Shown: positions 41,743 to 52,924, counted from the first letter of the stretch. The stretch: DNA of 64,000 nucleotides from an uncultured Spirochaetota bacterium (GCA_963820525.1 CAWGAA010000001.1:2080001-2144000); one strand, 5' to 3'. Program-made: numbers and translations. The notes: generated from the letters alone by a model not told the origin.

Positions 41743-42664
41743 AGTCGTGGTTTCCGTGAGGAACTTCAGAAAGCGCTATGGGGACACCGTGGCGGTCAAG
41801 GGTATCACCTTTGAGGTGAACCGGGGCGAGATCTTCGCGCTCCTGGGGCCGAACGGCTCGGGCAAGACGAGCACCCTGGAAAGCCTCGAAGGGCTGCGGC
41901 ATCCCGACGGAGGAGTCCTTTCGATCTCCGGGATAGACCCCAGCAGGCAGCCGCGGAGGCTTCGAAACATCATCGGGGTCCAGCTGCAGACCTCTGCGCT
42001 TCCGGCGGCGATGACCGTGGACGAGGCGATGAGCTTCTTCTGCAGCTACCATGGAGTGGCGGTCCGAAACGATCTGGTCCAGCGGCTGGGCATCTCGGAG
42101 AAGCGCGCCACCCAGTATGGAAAGCTTTCCGTGGGTCAGCAGAGGCGGCTCGCCCTGGCAATCGCCATCGCTCACGAGCCCGGCGTGCTCTTCCTCGACG
42201 AGCCGACGGCGGGTCTGGACGTGCAGTCGCGCGCCGATCTCCACGCCCTGGTGAGGGAGCTGCGAGAGAAGGGCACGACCGTGATACTGGCCACCCACGA
42301 CATGGCGGAGGCGGAGAAGCTGGCGGACCGCGCGGCGATCCTTCTCGGCGGCGAGATTGCCGCAATCGGCAGCCCCCGGCAGCTTACCGCGGCGGGAAGC
42401 CGAAAGACGCGCATCTCCGTGGCCACGGAGAACGGCAGCATGCAGACGGGGAAGGTCGCATTTCCCGACGCCGTATTCCAGGCCCACGCTGACGGCTACT
42501 CGATGTACCTCTCCGAGAACCCGGGAAAGGCGGTGAGCTCGATCATCGCCTGGCTGGAGCAGGCCGGCGACTCTCTCATCGACCTGCGCGTCGAGCGGCC
42601 CAGCCTCGAGGAGCGCTTCCTGGAGATCACATCTGAAAACACCGCAAAAGGAGCAATGAAATGA
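41735..42664 (+). CDS. ABC exporter ATP-binding protein
   Basis: GPNGSGKT, LSVGQQRR and FLDEPTAGLD. Confidence 0.95.
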   Translation: MGEVVVSVRNFRKRYGDTVAVKGITFEVNRGEIFALLGPNGSGKTSTLESLEGLRHPDGGVLSISGIDPSRQPRRLRNIIGVQLQTSALPAAMTVDEAMSFFCSYHGVAVRNDLVQRLGISEKRATQYGKLSVGQQRRLALAIAIAHEPGVLFLDEPTAGLDVQSRADLHALVRELREKGTTVILATHDMAEAEKLADRAAILLGGEIAAIGSPRQLTAAGSRKTRISVATENGSMQTGKVAFPDAVFQAHADGYSMYLSENPGKAVSSIIAWLEQAGDSLIDLRVERPSLEERFLEITSENTAKGAMK

Positions 42665-43473
42665 GCGCGTTCATACACCACCTCGCCTACGATTTCAAGA
42701 CCGGCATCAGGGACAGGTCAAAGCTCCTGATGTTCTACCTCTTCCCCTTCGTGTTCTTCATCCTGGTTGGAGCCCTGATGTCGGGAGTCAACCCCGGCTT
42801 CAAGCAGACCATGCTTCCCGCCATGGCGCTGTTCGCCTTCATGTGCTCGGCGCTCTTGAGCCTGCCAAGCCTCCTTGTGAGCGCGCGGGAAGCGGGGGTC
42901 TTCAGGAGCTACAGGATAAACGGCGTGCCCTCGGCCTCCATCATCTCCATCCCCGTGATCGGAACGGCCGTCCACATGGCCCTGATCGCCGTCATCATAA
43001 CCCTGGCCGGCGAACGCTTCTTTGGCGGCACCGCTCCGGCGAACATCGCGGGATATGCGCTAGCGGCGCTTCTTTCGTACCTCGCATACGCGGGGATCGG
43101 GGTTCTCATTGGCGTGGCGGCGGGCAACATCACGGTTTGCACCCTCGTGAGCCAGCTCATCTACATCCCCTCGATCATCCTCGGCGGGCTCATGGTGCCC
43201 TTGTCGATCCTGCCCGGGGGACTCCAGCGGGTGGCGCTCCTCCTGCCGGCGACGCACAGCATGAAGGTGTTCACCGATCTCGGGATGCCCGGCTCGGCGG
43301 GAACGCCCTGGCTTTCCATTTGCGTCCTTGCCGCGAGCGCCGCGCTCAGCTTCGGCCTGGCGGCCCTGCTGTTCGAATGGGATTCGCGCACAAGCCAGCC
43401 TAGCCGCAAGGCCATCGCCGCGATTCTGGGCATCGCGCCGTACGCGGTTGCCGCGCTGATCGGGACAAGCTGA
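42661..43473 (+). CDS. ABC-2 type permease
   Basis: Multi-TM protein, RE.GV..Y motif, LLPATH. Confidence 0.9.
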   Translation: MSAFIHHLAYDFKTGIRDRSKLLMFYLFPFVFFILVGALMSGVNPGFKQTMLPAMALFAFMCSALLSLPSLLVSAREAGVFRSYRINGVPSASIISIPVIGTAVHMALIAVIITLAGERFFGGTAPANIAGYALAALLSYLAYAGIGVLIGVAAGNITVCTLVSQLIYIPSIILGGLMVPLSILPGGLQRVALLLPATHSMKVFTDLGMPGSAGTPWLSICVLAASAALSFGLAALLFEWDSRTSQPSRKAIAAILGIAPYAVAALIGTS

Positions 43474-43491
43474 AGAGGCGCACCTTAATAG

Positions 43492-43537
43492 CAGGCAGTT
43501 GAGAACATCTCAACTGCCTGTCCGATCCTGCTCCCCC
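43492..43537 (-). repeat. 46-bp inverted copy of 52874-52919, including a terminator-like hairpin
   Basis: Exact reverse complement, 46/46. Confidence 0.9.
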
Positions 43538-43539
43538 TA

Positions 43540-44620
43540 TTGTACTTGGTGTCCATGACGGCGAGGCAGGTGCCGGCGTCTGCATCGTGGAGAAACAAAA
43601 TGCTTCGGGGCGTATCAGTGGGGCAGCTTCTCATCGATGCGGAGGCGGTCGTCGACGGCGGCGTGACGCTTGCAGCCCTTGTGCTCTTTGGCACTCGGAG
43701 CGCCCTCAGGAAGCACCTCGCCCAGGCAGAGGTGATATTCGAGTACCGGTCCTCCGAAACAGCGGGACCGGCGCAGCAACGGAAGGAATACCAGGATGGG
43801 CTTTTCGTTCTCGACGTGCCGACATTCGATGAGCGATCAATCCGTGAGGCGATTCTGAACGCGGTGAGCTACCGTGACTACAGGCAGAGTGGCAACGTCT
43901 TCGTTCGTCAGTACCCCCGTCGGGTCGCCATTGAGAGCCCCAGTGGGTTCCCGCCAGGCATCAACGAAGCAAACGTGCTGGAACGGCAAAACCCGAGGAA
44001 TCGGCGTATCTCGGACATCTTCGCGAAGTGTGGTCTGGTCGAGCGCTCCGGGCAAGGTATGAATCTGATTTTCGACGCGGCAATCCGACAGAGCAAACCG
44101 ACGCCAGACTTCGCGGGTACGGACCGCTTCCAAGTCAGACTGACGCTGGAAGGCGAAGTACGTGATCCTGCATTCGTCCGTTTCCTGGAACGTGTCACCG
44201 CAGAGTCATCGGTATCCTTCTCGACTACCGACCTCGTGGTTCTCGATCACATCAGGCGCGATATGCCTGTCTCGGAGGGACTTGGGTCCAGAATAACCGC
44301 ACTGGTCGAGAATGGAATCGTGGAAAGAGTCAGCCATGGGCGAGGCCAGCGGTACGTCCTGTCGCGCCGCTTCTACCAGTTCATCGGGCAGGCCGGGGTG
44401 TACACGAGGAAGCACGGTCTGGACCGCGACACAAACAAGGCACTCCTCGTCAAGCACATTAAGGAGAACGCCCTGAGTGGTGCCAAGATGGAGACGCTCC
44501 GGCAGGTGTTGCCGAACCTTTCGCGAAGCCAGATTCAGGTCCTCCTGCGGGAGTGAACGAAGGCTGGAGTTATCCACCATCATGGTGCGACCCGTGCGGC
44601 TCTCTGGTACCCTGGACTGG
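43540..44620 (+). pseudogene. Truncated ATP-binding (RecG-C/HATPase_c_4-type) transcriptional regulator
   Basis: IREAILNAVSYRDY, NPRNRRISDIF..GLVERSGQGM; N-terminus missing and TGA at 44554. Confidence 0.75.
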
Positions 44621-45383
44621 AGACCGTGGATTGCAACCACGATAAAGTCTAGTTGCAATACCAAAGCAATCCGCCATTAAGCAATGACGTGTAAGTGTAA
44701 TCATGTGCAAGAATTATCTTGCACTGAAGATTGCAACTTCAGGCATGGAATCTCTGCCACCAAAGCCACGTCATCGACCACGGCGCGGCGAGGTGAGGAT
44801 CAAGCGCCCCCTATGTTTAAAACAGATCCAGCGCGCGGAACTGATGCCCCAAAAAATGTCCCCCGGGAAGCGGTGTGGCGCTTCAAACGCCGGTGCGCCG
44901 AGGAGAGGGAGCACCTCGCCTGGCTCTTCACCCGCCTGCTGGTGCTGAGCGAGGAACGCGGTCCCCCACGCCACGGGCGCGGCTTGGCTCGACCTTGACG
45001 GCGGGCACCGGCTCTTCAAGCGGCCGGTTACGGCCGAGCGGTTCGTGATGGACAAGGGCTTTTTCGAACTCCTGGCTGGCCTGGACAACCGCGCCACGCT
45101 CCTGCTCGGGCACACGCTTCGGCGCACCCGTGGGGAGCTATCCGAGTCATCACCGGGGGCCAAGTTATGCCGGTTACATTTTCCCACCCCTTCCTCATCC
45201 CCACCAGTAGCCCGAGAACGTTTCAGCGATTATTGTTTCGGCTCAGCGATGTAGCTAAACCGATTTCACGTTGAGCAGCGGCTGCTTCATTGCGCACAAG
45301 AATAACCGCGGGAGGGAAGACCGGCGGGGACGCGCCCGATACGCCTCAGCCCCCACAGTCCAAGAGCCTCCCGCGAGGATCTT

Positions 45384-45569
45384 CTACATGGGCGCTGTAG
45401 AGGAAACGCGAGGAAGCTTCTCCTTAAGATCGGGGTCGGCGCGCAATATCTCAAAGGCCTCCTTCCATAATTCAACGGCCTTCGCGGTATCTGTACACCT
45501 TTGGGAGCGCGCCCCGATAAAAGCCGCGGTGAGTTCGGTTGCGACTTGTATCATTTCAGACTCTTTCAT
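45384..45569 (-). CDS. Small hypothetical protein
   Basis: AAGGAG RBS followed by MKESEMIQVATELTAAFI... Confidence 0.45.
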   Translation of the reverse strand: MKESEMIQVATELTAAFIGARSQRCTDTAKAVELWKEAFEILRADPDLKEKLPRVSSTAPM

Positions 45570-46101
45570 AAATGGCTCTCCTTTTCCGGCTAAAGGTATC
45601 AACGGATCCATCATGTACCTAGTGGGAGCTTTTTGACAGTATGGGATCAGGTAACCCGACGAGGGCTCCGCGGATGTGATACAAGCCCGCCGCGCGCGTC
45701 CGGGTACATTTTAGGCAAAAAACGGCGGGAGGCAAGCGGCATAAGGGCGGGAGGTAATGCAGGCGGGCATGGATAGGTAATGAATAAAAGTTCTGTACAT
45801 GCGTCACCCGCCCCGCCCCACTCCATGAGATCATCCCAACGCTGCCCGTCTACCTGCGGTATGCCGACCAATCGCCATGACGGCGCTCCTGCGTCAGCCG
45901 CGCCCGGAGTAGCCTGCGCACCTACCACATCGAGGTCCTTCAGATCCATGATGTCGGTGCCATACTGATCGCGGAGAAGGGGAGGTTTCCCGCGAAGCTT
46001 CAAGGGCATAGAGCCATGACACGGACAAGGTTTTCGCATCCGCCAAACGGGTGCTTGCGGTCGTCGCGCGTTGGGTCGAAGCCTGATCGGCCGAAACGAG
46101 A

Positions 46102-47269
46102 CTACCCGGTCCCGGCAAATTGCGGAAGCGGAGCCGCAGTCCGCTCGATGTGACGGGCCGTGAGGCGCCAGAGCGACGTCAGCTCCGCCGCGCGTGCCAC
46201 GTGGAGCGGGTCGGTGTCATCGGAAACCCGCGGATGGTTCGGCCGTACATCCATCCGTCCCGCGACCGTTAATCCCGCCTCGTCGAATGCGGCGAGCAGC
46301 CCGGCCCGCGAACGCAGGCCCAGATGCTCGGCGAGATCCGAGAGCACCAGCCAACCCTCGCCCCCCGGCTCCAGGTGCGATGCCAGTCCGCCGAGGAATC
46401 CGCGCAGCATGCGGCTCTCGGGATCGAAAACCGCATGCTCGATGGGGGAGCTTGGCCGCGCCGGGATCCAGGGCGGGTTGCAGACGATGAGCGGAGCCCG
46501 CGCCTCGGGGAAGAAATCCGCCTGCACGACCTCCACCCGCCTGTCCAGCCCGAGCCGCGTGAGGTTCTCGCGGGCGCACGCCAGTGCGCGGGGGTCCCGA
46601 TCGGTGGCCACGACGCGCGCGACGCCCCGGCGGGCAAGCACCGCGGCCAGCACGCCGGTCCCAGTGCCGATGTCGAAGGCCAGGTCCCGCGAGGGCAACG
46701 GCGCTTCGGCCACCAGACCCACGTACTCTCCGTGAACCGGCGCGAACACGCCGTAGTGCGGGTGGATGCGGCCGCCAAGCGCCGGGATCTCGATGCCCCT
46801 CTTGCGCCACTCATGCGCGCCGATCAGGCCCAGCAACTCCCGCAGCGAGGCGACGGAGGGCCCCTCTCCCGGGCCGTAGGCCTCCACGCACGCTTGCCGC
46901 ATGTCCGGTGCCCGTCGCAGGGGGATGCCGTAGTCGCCCTCGATCGGTATCAACAGCATCCCCAGCGTGCGTGCGCGCCGGTACTGGACCTGGCGATATA
47001 GATGGAAGGCTACGGCCGGCGACGAGGCCGGCTTGCGGGGCTTGCGGTCGGCGCGCCGCGCCAGCGCCTGCAGCAGCTGGCGTGCGTTCTGGAAATCGCC
47101 CCGCCAGAGCATCGCGGTGCCCCCACAGGCAAAACGATATGCGTCGTCGGCCGGTCATGAGGTCGGTGGCGATGATCATGCGCTTGGGCGGCGGCGCCCC
47201 GTTCTCGGAGTGCCAACGGGCGACGCGGGCCTTCCCTTCCTCGGTCCAGGCAACGACCGGACAAGCCAT
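46102..47269 (-). CDS. Class I SAM methyltransferase (MTS/HemK-like), frameshift near 47151
   Basis: FDIGTGTGVL and CNPPW; the N-terminus ARWHSENGAPPPKR is in an adjacent frame. Confidence 0.82.
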
Positions 47270-47499
47270 AATTCACGACTATGGCATTCAAACAGGGAAT
47301 AGGCTACATATCTCCCGTGCCGCAAAGTGCAAGTCCGCCAATATGCCTGCGGAAAACCGATACGGCCCATGTCGATCGTACAAACCACAATGGGAGCGCT
47401 CCCGGTGACAAGGCGACAAGCGACCTACCGGACCGTCTCATCGGGCCGCCATCCGAGGGCCTGGTAGTGTTTGCCGCAGCGTTTTTCAGATATGGAGCG

Positions 47500-47770
47500 T
47501 CACAACCCCGCTCCAGAATCTCGGCGTGCGGCGCGTCGCTCTCTGTAGCGGAAGCGCGCCTTCGCACGGAGCCTCGAGAGGGGCCGGTCGATAGCCTCAA
47601 GGGTCGTGACGTGGAAGTACCGCTCCCCCCACTTGCATGCAGACTTCCACTTCCACGTTCTCGACGATATACAGCTTGGCGTTGGGTCAGTGCTACTTTT
47701 CCACGGTCTTCTTCGAGGTGGTACCATCGCATCTCTCGCAGATCACCGTGTTTCCCGAGTAGTTTTTCAT
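47500..47770 (-). pseudogene. YgiT/MqsA-type zinc-finger protein remnant
   Basis: CERCDG....K*H*..KLYIVENVEVEVCMQVGERYFHVTTLEAIDR, with two in-frame stops. Confidence 0.6.
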
Positions 47771-47775
47771 GATGC

Positions 47776-48144
47776 CTATCTCCCCCTCGCCCACTCGCGA
47801 TACGCTTCGATCCACTCCGCACCTTCTGGTCGAGCAGAAGGAAGGGGAAGGTCCACAACTGGGATTCTCTGCCTTTCTGGGCCTCTAGCACAAACCGCAA
47901 CTATCTCCCCGGCGTCATTGAGTTCGATCTTCTCCACATTGACCAGGATGCCAAGCATGGCAGTCGTAAACGGCAGTCGGAGTTTCTCCGCGATCATATT
48001 GAAAAGACCCATCGCCTGCTCACTGTCATTATAGCAGTCGACAATAGCCTCTGAGATCATTCGCTCGAGACGAGAGGGAGACACGGAACTGCGGCGGCTA
48101 CTCGACCTTTGACGCTTGCGCTTCGTGCTTTTCTCTCGTTTCAT
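47776..48144 (-). CDS. Hypothetical protein (CcbP/'calcium-binding' family-like)
   Basis: EAIVDCYNDSEQAMG...LRLPF...EWIEAYREW. Confidence 0.7.
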   Translation of the reverse strand: MKREKSTKRKRQRSSSRRSSVSPSRLERMISEAIVDCYNDSEQAMGLFNMIAEKLRLPFTTAMLGILVNVEKIELNDAGEIVAVCARGPERQRIPVVDLPLPSARPEGAEWIEAYREWARGR

Positions 48145-50614
48145 GATTGTCCTCTTTTCGCGCGTACCCCATCGCCCGATAGCCACGGAGACGCTTCTCG
48201 AACATGCGAAGAAGCATCGGGACTTCGCGGTCCACGTAGTCGTATATCCGCACCTCCGTCTTGCCGGCATAAAGGCGATGAAGACGGCCGGAATACTGAA
48301 TCAGGGTTCCTTTCCACGACACCGGCATGGCAAGAAACAGGGTATCCAATCGCGCGTCGTCAAATCCTTCTCCGATGTTCCGACCTGTTGCAAGGAGAAG
48401 CCGTGCCTCCCCATCTGGCACCGTGGCGAGGTACGCAAGCGCCTCTCGACGCGCCGAAGCCTTCATTGTCCCGTGTAGCACGATAAGATGCGGAACGTGT
48501 TCACTCAAGCGTTCGGCCAGGCTTTCCAGGTGATCGCGTCGCTCCGTGAGGACTATGGGACATCGTCTGTCTTCAAGGGCGCGGATCACATCCGTACAGA
48601 TGAGCTCATTGCGAGTCTGATCGGCCGCAAGCATGGCATAGAGCTCCTGGATGCCGGTTCGATCGGTCTGCGTTTTCAGCGCGAATGTGGTCTCGCGGAC
48701 GATGAGGGAATGTGCGAATGGGCGTTGTGCGTTCTTGTTTCGAGAATCGACAGCGAACCGCACCGGACCGAGCTGCATATAAAGTATGGGTTGCTGACCA
48801 TCACGGCGACGTGGAGTGGCAGTGAGCCCCGTGACGAACCGAGCCTTCACCTCTGAAAGGACGCGCTCGAATGAAACGGCAGGGACGTGGTGGCACTCAT
48901 CCACAATGATGTTCCCATAACCAGACACAAGGTCCGCCACGCGGCCAAGGCGAACCAGGCTCTGCATCATTGCTACGTCGACCTTGCCGGTAGGTCTATT
49001 TTTTCCCGAGCCGATTTGACCGATTTCTTTCGGCTCCTTGCCAAGGAATAGCGCAAGCTGTGCAACCCATTGATCGAGGAGTGGCTTTCGGTGGACGAGA
49101 ACGAGCGTATTCCGACGTCGCATAGCGATAAGAAAAGTCCCAAGGACGGTCTTGCCGGTCCCCGGGGGCGCAACCAGAACGCCTGTGTCGTGAGCCAGCA
49201 GTGCCTTTGCGGCTTGTTCCTGAACTGAGGTGAGAGTACCGGTGAAGGAGCAATCGAGAACGGCACCCTCCTCACGTTGGTCAACGACGGAAAGGGAGAC
49301 GCCATGCACGCTCAACAAGGCCTCTACTTCGGGCAAGCACCCGCGAGGCAAGGCGACGTGTTCGGAAAGCTCTTCGGCACATGCAATAACCCGAGGGGTA
49401 AGCGCCGTGGAAAGCCTCATGCTCTGCCTTTTATAGAACTCTGGGTTCTGGAAGGCAGCCAGACGCTTGATCTGATTCAGAAGTGGAGAAGGAAGGCCGT
49501 GTCGTTCGATAAACAAGCGTTGCGAAATGACCGCGTGTACCTCTCGCGGCAGTGGCTCATGAATGGATATCCGATCCGCGTAGCCGGAGGGTGGCCGCCT
49601 CCATGGAGTATGGTCGGGTTCCTCTTCAGTATCCACCATGCGTAGGCCCATCACCTGGCCGTGGTGGCCGGCGTCCTGAACGATTTCTCGAACACGATTC
49701 GGATCGATGCGCTGGATGCTCGACAAGAAGGCCCACTGGTCTGAGTAAGGAGCTAGTGATGCATCCACGAATGCCGAATTGCCCATCGCCCTGGCTTCCC
49801 GTTGAAGGGGAAGCGCAATGAGGTTGCCGAATCCACCCTTGGGGAGCGTATCCTGGTTTGGGAAGAGCCTGTCGTAGGATGACATCGAAAGCTGGTGCCG
49901 ATGAGCCATGGATTCGGTTATCAGGAAACACCCCAAATTCCTTGCGAGGCCGGAGGAAACGGGCGCGGAAAAAAAGAACCAAGCGTGAGCGCCGTTTCCT
50001 GAACGCGATCGCTCGATCGCGACGGGAACGTCGTGTGAACGACACGTTTCACGGAACGATGCGATATCTTCCTGCCACGCTCCATCATCGAAGTCCGCGG
50101 CAAGAAACCAGCACGTCTCATCGACGAGGAGCGGATACACTCCCATGACCTGAAAGCCTTTGAGATGCTTCTCGATCTCCTCGTCGGTGACGGGAAAGAA
50201 AGCATGCTGACAGCAGTCGACACAGCTTGACATCCGGCCTGTGCCAGAACCCTTCTTTTTCGTACACAGCAGCGGATCCCACTCGTTCGCGCAAGCCGGC
50301 GAATAGCCGGACTTTCCTGTCTTATGACTCTCCCAGCGGCGCGGGAAAACGTCTTCTCGACCGTGGAACAGCGTGCGAAAGAGTCGCACCTTCTCCCCTC
50401 TTGCCAAGGCTGTCGCCATCGAAGACGCCGCCTCGGCCGGAGCTTGTGCTCTGTCAGTGCCTTCTTCAATCCCTGCCAACTGTGCTTGGATAGAGAAAAC
50501 AAGAGCACGGTGCTGCTCGAGTTCAGTATGGAGTTCTGAGATGCGTTGCTCTTCCTGGGCTATCCGTTCGGTGAGTTTTCGGCGTCGTTCGTCGCTACTT
50601 CGGATATCGCTCAA
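48098..50614 (-). CDS. AEP (TOTE-type) primase domain fused to an SF2 DEAD/DEAH helicase
   Basis: GVYPLL..ETCWFLAADFD, ERSRSGNGAHAW and GNLIALPLQ; APPGTGKT, DECHH, TATP and QYSGRLHR. Confidence 0.85.
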   Translation of the reverse strand: MSDIRSSDERRRKLTERIAQEEQRISELHTELEQHRALVFSIQAQLAGIEEGTDRAQAPAEAASSMATALARGEKVRLFRTLFHGREDVFPRRWESHKTGKSGYSPACANEWDPLLCTKKKGSGTGRMSSCVDCCQHAFFPVTDEEIEKHLKGFQVMGVYPLLVDETCWFLAADFDDGAWQEDIASFRETCRSHDVPVAIERSRSGNGAHAWFFFSAPVSSGLARNLGCFLITESMAHRHQLSMSSYDRLFPNQDTLPKGGFGNLIALPLQREARAMGNSAFVDASLAPYSDQWAFLSSIQRIDPNRVREIVQDAGHHGQVMGLRMVDTEEEPDHTPWRRPPSGYADRISIHEPLPREVHAVISQRLFIERHGLPSPLLNQIKRLAAFQNPEFYKRQSMRLSTALTPRVIACAEELSEHVALPRGCLPEVEALLSVHGVSLSVVDQREEGAVLDCSFTGTLTSVQEQAAKALLAHDTGVLVAPPGTGKTVLGTFLIAMRRRNTLVLVHRKPLLDQWVAQLALFLGKEPKEIGQIGSGKNRPTGKVDVAMMQSLVRLGRVADLVSGYGNIIVDECHHVPAVSFERVLSEVKARFVTGLTATPRRRDGQQPILYMQLGPVRFAVDSRNKNAQRPFAHSLIVRETTFALKTQTDRTGIQELYAMLAADQTRNELICTDVIRALEDRRCPIVLTERRDHLESLAERLSEHVPHLIVLHGTMKASARREALAYLATVPDGEARLLLATGRNIGEGFDDARLDTLFLAMPVSWKGTLIQYSGRLHRLYAGKTEVRIYDYVDREVPMLLRMFEKRLRGYRAMGYARKEDNHETREKHEAQASKVE

Positions 50615-51114
50615 ATAAGCTCATCCAGATGATCACAAGGCGAACGGTAGCCGCTGTCTATCATTTGCTCAAGCAAGGTGTTTCCTTCTTCAAGCGGCAG
50701 GAGACCCGCGTGAATCATCTCGACAAGCAAGCCCACCGTCCCGGTAAGACGTACCTTGCGCCGGGCGGCGAGCTTCCTTGCCGCGAGGTCATCCGTCACA
50801 AGAATCATCTTTCGCGATACCGCGAGGACCAAACAGGATGATTCTCCGGGGTGCAGGAACTCATCGAGCTCCTGTCGGAGCAGGTTTTCATCAAGCGACT
50901 TCAATACGAGGATCTCCAACCACCCCTTGGAGCTTTCAGCGGCATTCAGAGCGGGGACCAGATAAAGGTAGCCCCTTTCAATGCCTCGTTTTACTTCGTC
51001 CATCACCTCGATCGTTGTGAATGAATTCTTCATAAAAAGCTTCGCCAGCAGATCCACCTTGCCGATCGCAGCGAAGTTCGACAACACGGTATTATCAAAT
51101 ATGAAGTCGGGCAT
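50611..51114 (-). CDS. DUF3368-type PIN-domain toxin
   Basis: IFDNTVLSNF, LHPGESSCL, TDDLAAR and GTVGLL. Confidence 0.85.
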   Translation of the reverse strand: MPDFIFDNTVLSNFAAIGKVDLLAKLFMKNSFTTIEVMDEVKRGIERGYLYLVPALNAAESSKGWLEILVLKSLDENLLRQELDEFLHPGESSCLVLAVSRKMILVTDDLAARKLAARRKVRLTGTVGLLVEMIHAGLLPLEEGNTLLEQMIDSGYRSPCDHLDELI

Positions 51115-51406
51115 TGGCGACGTCTTGTTTCAGCTCATCGATGGTGAGAGGGCCTAGATGGATCTGCCCCCCAGTTTCACGGATGATGTCTTTCATCTCT
51201 TCCTGGGAAACACCCATAATCTGTGCAGCCTTGCCGAGGCTGATGTCGCCGTTGGTGTATGCCGCGACCACCATCTTCCGTTTGAGCTCCGGTTTAGCTT
51301 CGAACAAGGATCTCATAGCGCTTCTCAGCACAGACTGTTCATCCGGGAACAATCTGGCTTTCACAAGCTGGTTGATCTCCCATTCAATGCTTTTGATGTC
51401 AGCCAT
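51095..51406 (-). CDS. UPF0175-family antitoxin
   Basis: Y..GDISLGKAAQIMGVS..E. Confidence 0.85.
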   Translation of the reverse strand: MADIKSIEWEINQLVKARLFPDEQSVLRSAMRSLFEAKPELKRKMVVAAYTNGDISLGKAAQIMGVSQEEMKDIIRETGGQIHLGPLTIDELKQDVANARLHI

Positions 51407-51925
51407 AGATTTTCTCCTTATCATAGTCTACTATACCTCCGGCAGAATGGACAACGTAGGCTCCCTCCTCCTTTCTCCCATACAGATGTGCCCGCTGAAC
51501 CACTTCCTTTGTAATAAATTGCCCTCCTCTCTGCATCCGCACGGGGCATCAGCCAAGCCCCCAAGGTCGAGTGGTATCAAAAGTGGTAAACGCCGTGGAG
51601 AGCCCGATCCGTTGTTTGCCCTATGGCACAAACGACAGCCTGGTGGTTCTGGAACACCCCGGGCGCACTTCAACTCCTCTCTAAGGATGCGGCGAGAGGT
51701 TCCCGAGTCCAACGGACGTCCGGACATTCTCAGAAGCTTGCGGAGGCAAGGTGCGGCTCTTGAAGCTTGCCGAGCTTCTGATAGAATGGATCCGGAAGCT
51801 GGTTCTCGGCAGGGAACGCTCTCTCCTAGAACGCGTTTGCTTGAAGCTGGTCCGAGGTAGCATGGCTCGCTAACGTGAGGAAAACCGGCATCGACCCGCG
51901 GCTCGATATTTGGGGAGGATAGCAG

Positions 51926-52231
51926 ATGGTGAACCCGGTCCTCAAGACCAATGATGCAACCTTAGCGGCATTCTGCCTCAAGCATCACATCCAACGCCTC
52001 TCTTTGTTCGGATCTCAGCTCGGAGGCAGCGCGCAGCCAGACAGCGATATTGACATCCTAGTTGAATTCGATCCTGGAGATGAGCCGGGTCTCCTCGGTC
52101 TGGCTGAAATGGAAGCTGAGCTATCAGCCTTGCTCGATGGGCGGCCTGTTGATATGCGCACGCCTAGAGATCTTAGCCGCTACTTCAGGGACGAAGTAAT
52201 GCGGACCTCAGAGGTCCAGTATGCGCGCTGA
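51926..52231 (+). CDS. Minimal nucleotidyltransferase (MNT) antitoxin
   Basis: LFGSQL......[10 protein letters not shown] and LSRYFRDEV. Confidence 0.9.
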   Translation: MVNPVLKTNDATLAAFCLKHHIQRLSLFGSQLGGSAQPDSDIDILVEFDPGDEPGLLGLAEMEAELSALLDGRPVDMRTPRDLSRYFRDEVMRTSEVQYAR

Positions 52232-52497
52232 TGACCGCGTGCGCATCCTGCACATGATCGACGCCGCGGAATCTCTGGAGCAATTCACCACCGGAAGAGA
52301 GCGCGCTGACCTGGAGTCCGATCGCATGCAGCTGTTCGCCATAATCCGGGCCATTGAGGTAATAGGGGAAGCGGGCAGCAAGGAACAGGCTGATCCACGG
52401 CTACTTTGATGTTGATTCGGACGTTGTCTGGAAGACGGTCACTGAAGAAATCCCGGCACTTCTGCGCTCTCTAAAGGCTCTTGTCGAGAATCACTAA
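52221..52497 (+). pseudogene. HEPN (DUF86) RNase toxin with an internal deletion and frameshift
   Basis: IEVIGEAGSK jumps to RNRLIHGYFDVD in another frame; the usual IPW segment is missing. Confidence 0.8.
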
Positions 52498-52839
52498 AGC
52501 GTCGAGCGCAGCACGACAGAATGACTATCTCTTCCTGAGCATCGGCGGGCAGTCCTCGCCGGGCATCCTCGCGCCTATCTTGGGGGATTTGTGCGATGGC
52601 ATTCAGTCAGGAGCTTACCTCAGCATCTCATGTCTATGTGCAACTCAACGGCTGCCAACAGCCATATCGAGTATATGTTCCTTCCATTGCTCTTCTGTCG
52701 ATAATGGCCCGCAAACTCGAAAAGCAAGGTGGGAATCAAGCGACCTTGAATGGCGCGTGTCTGTCTCTTGCCGATCCGGCATGTTCAAGATGGATCCAGC
52801 GAGGGAGACAGTGTCCTCTATGGTCGAGACCGTTGGGAG

Positions 52840-52881
52840 TGTTAGCCACCCTGTCGCTGGTTCGAGTCCGTCCGGGGGAGC
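52840..52881 (+). tRNA. 3' half of a tRNA, probably Asn(GTT); non-functional fragment
   Basis: tgttagccaccctgtcgctggttcgagtccgtccgggggagc covers the anticodon, T-loop and acceptor 3' strand; no 5' half upstream. Confidence 0.65.
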
Positions 52882-52890
52882 AGGATCGGA

Positions 52891-52924
52891 CAGGCAGTTG
52901 AGATGTTCTCAACTGCCTGTTTTC
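52891..52924. terminator. Intrinsic terminator-like hairpin
   Basis: caggcagttgaga-tgt-tctcaactgcctg followed by ttttt. Confidence 0.7.

Noticed and set aside
44684..46090. Short ORFs and a possible riboswitch upstream of the 45384-45569 gene
   Set aside because: No recognisable family or riboswitch consensus; probably gene debris.
47498..47592. gtcacaac-led GC-rich stem as another attC site
   Set aside because: No matching GTT end or L-box pairing, and it overlaps the tail of the YgiT remnant.
52800..52885. Complete tRNA gene
   Set aside because: No acceptor 5' strand or D-arm upstream, and the T-stem is mismatched.
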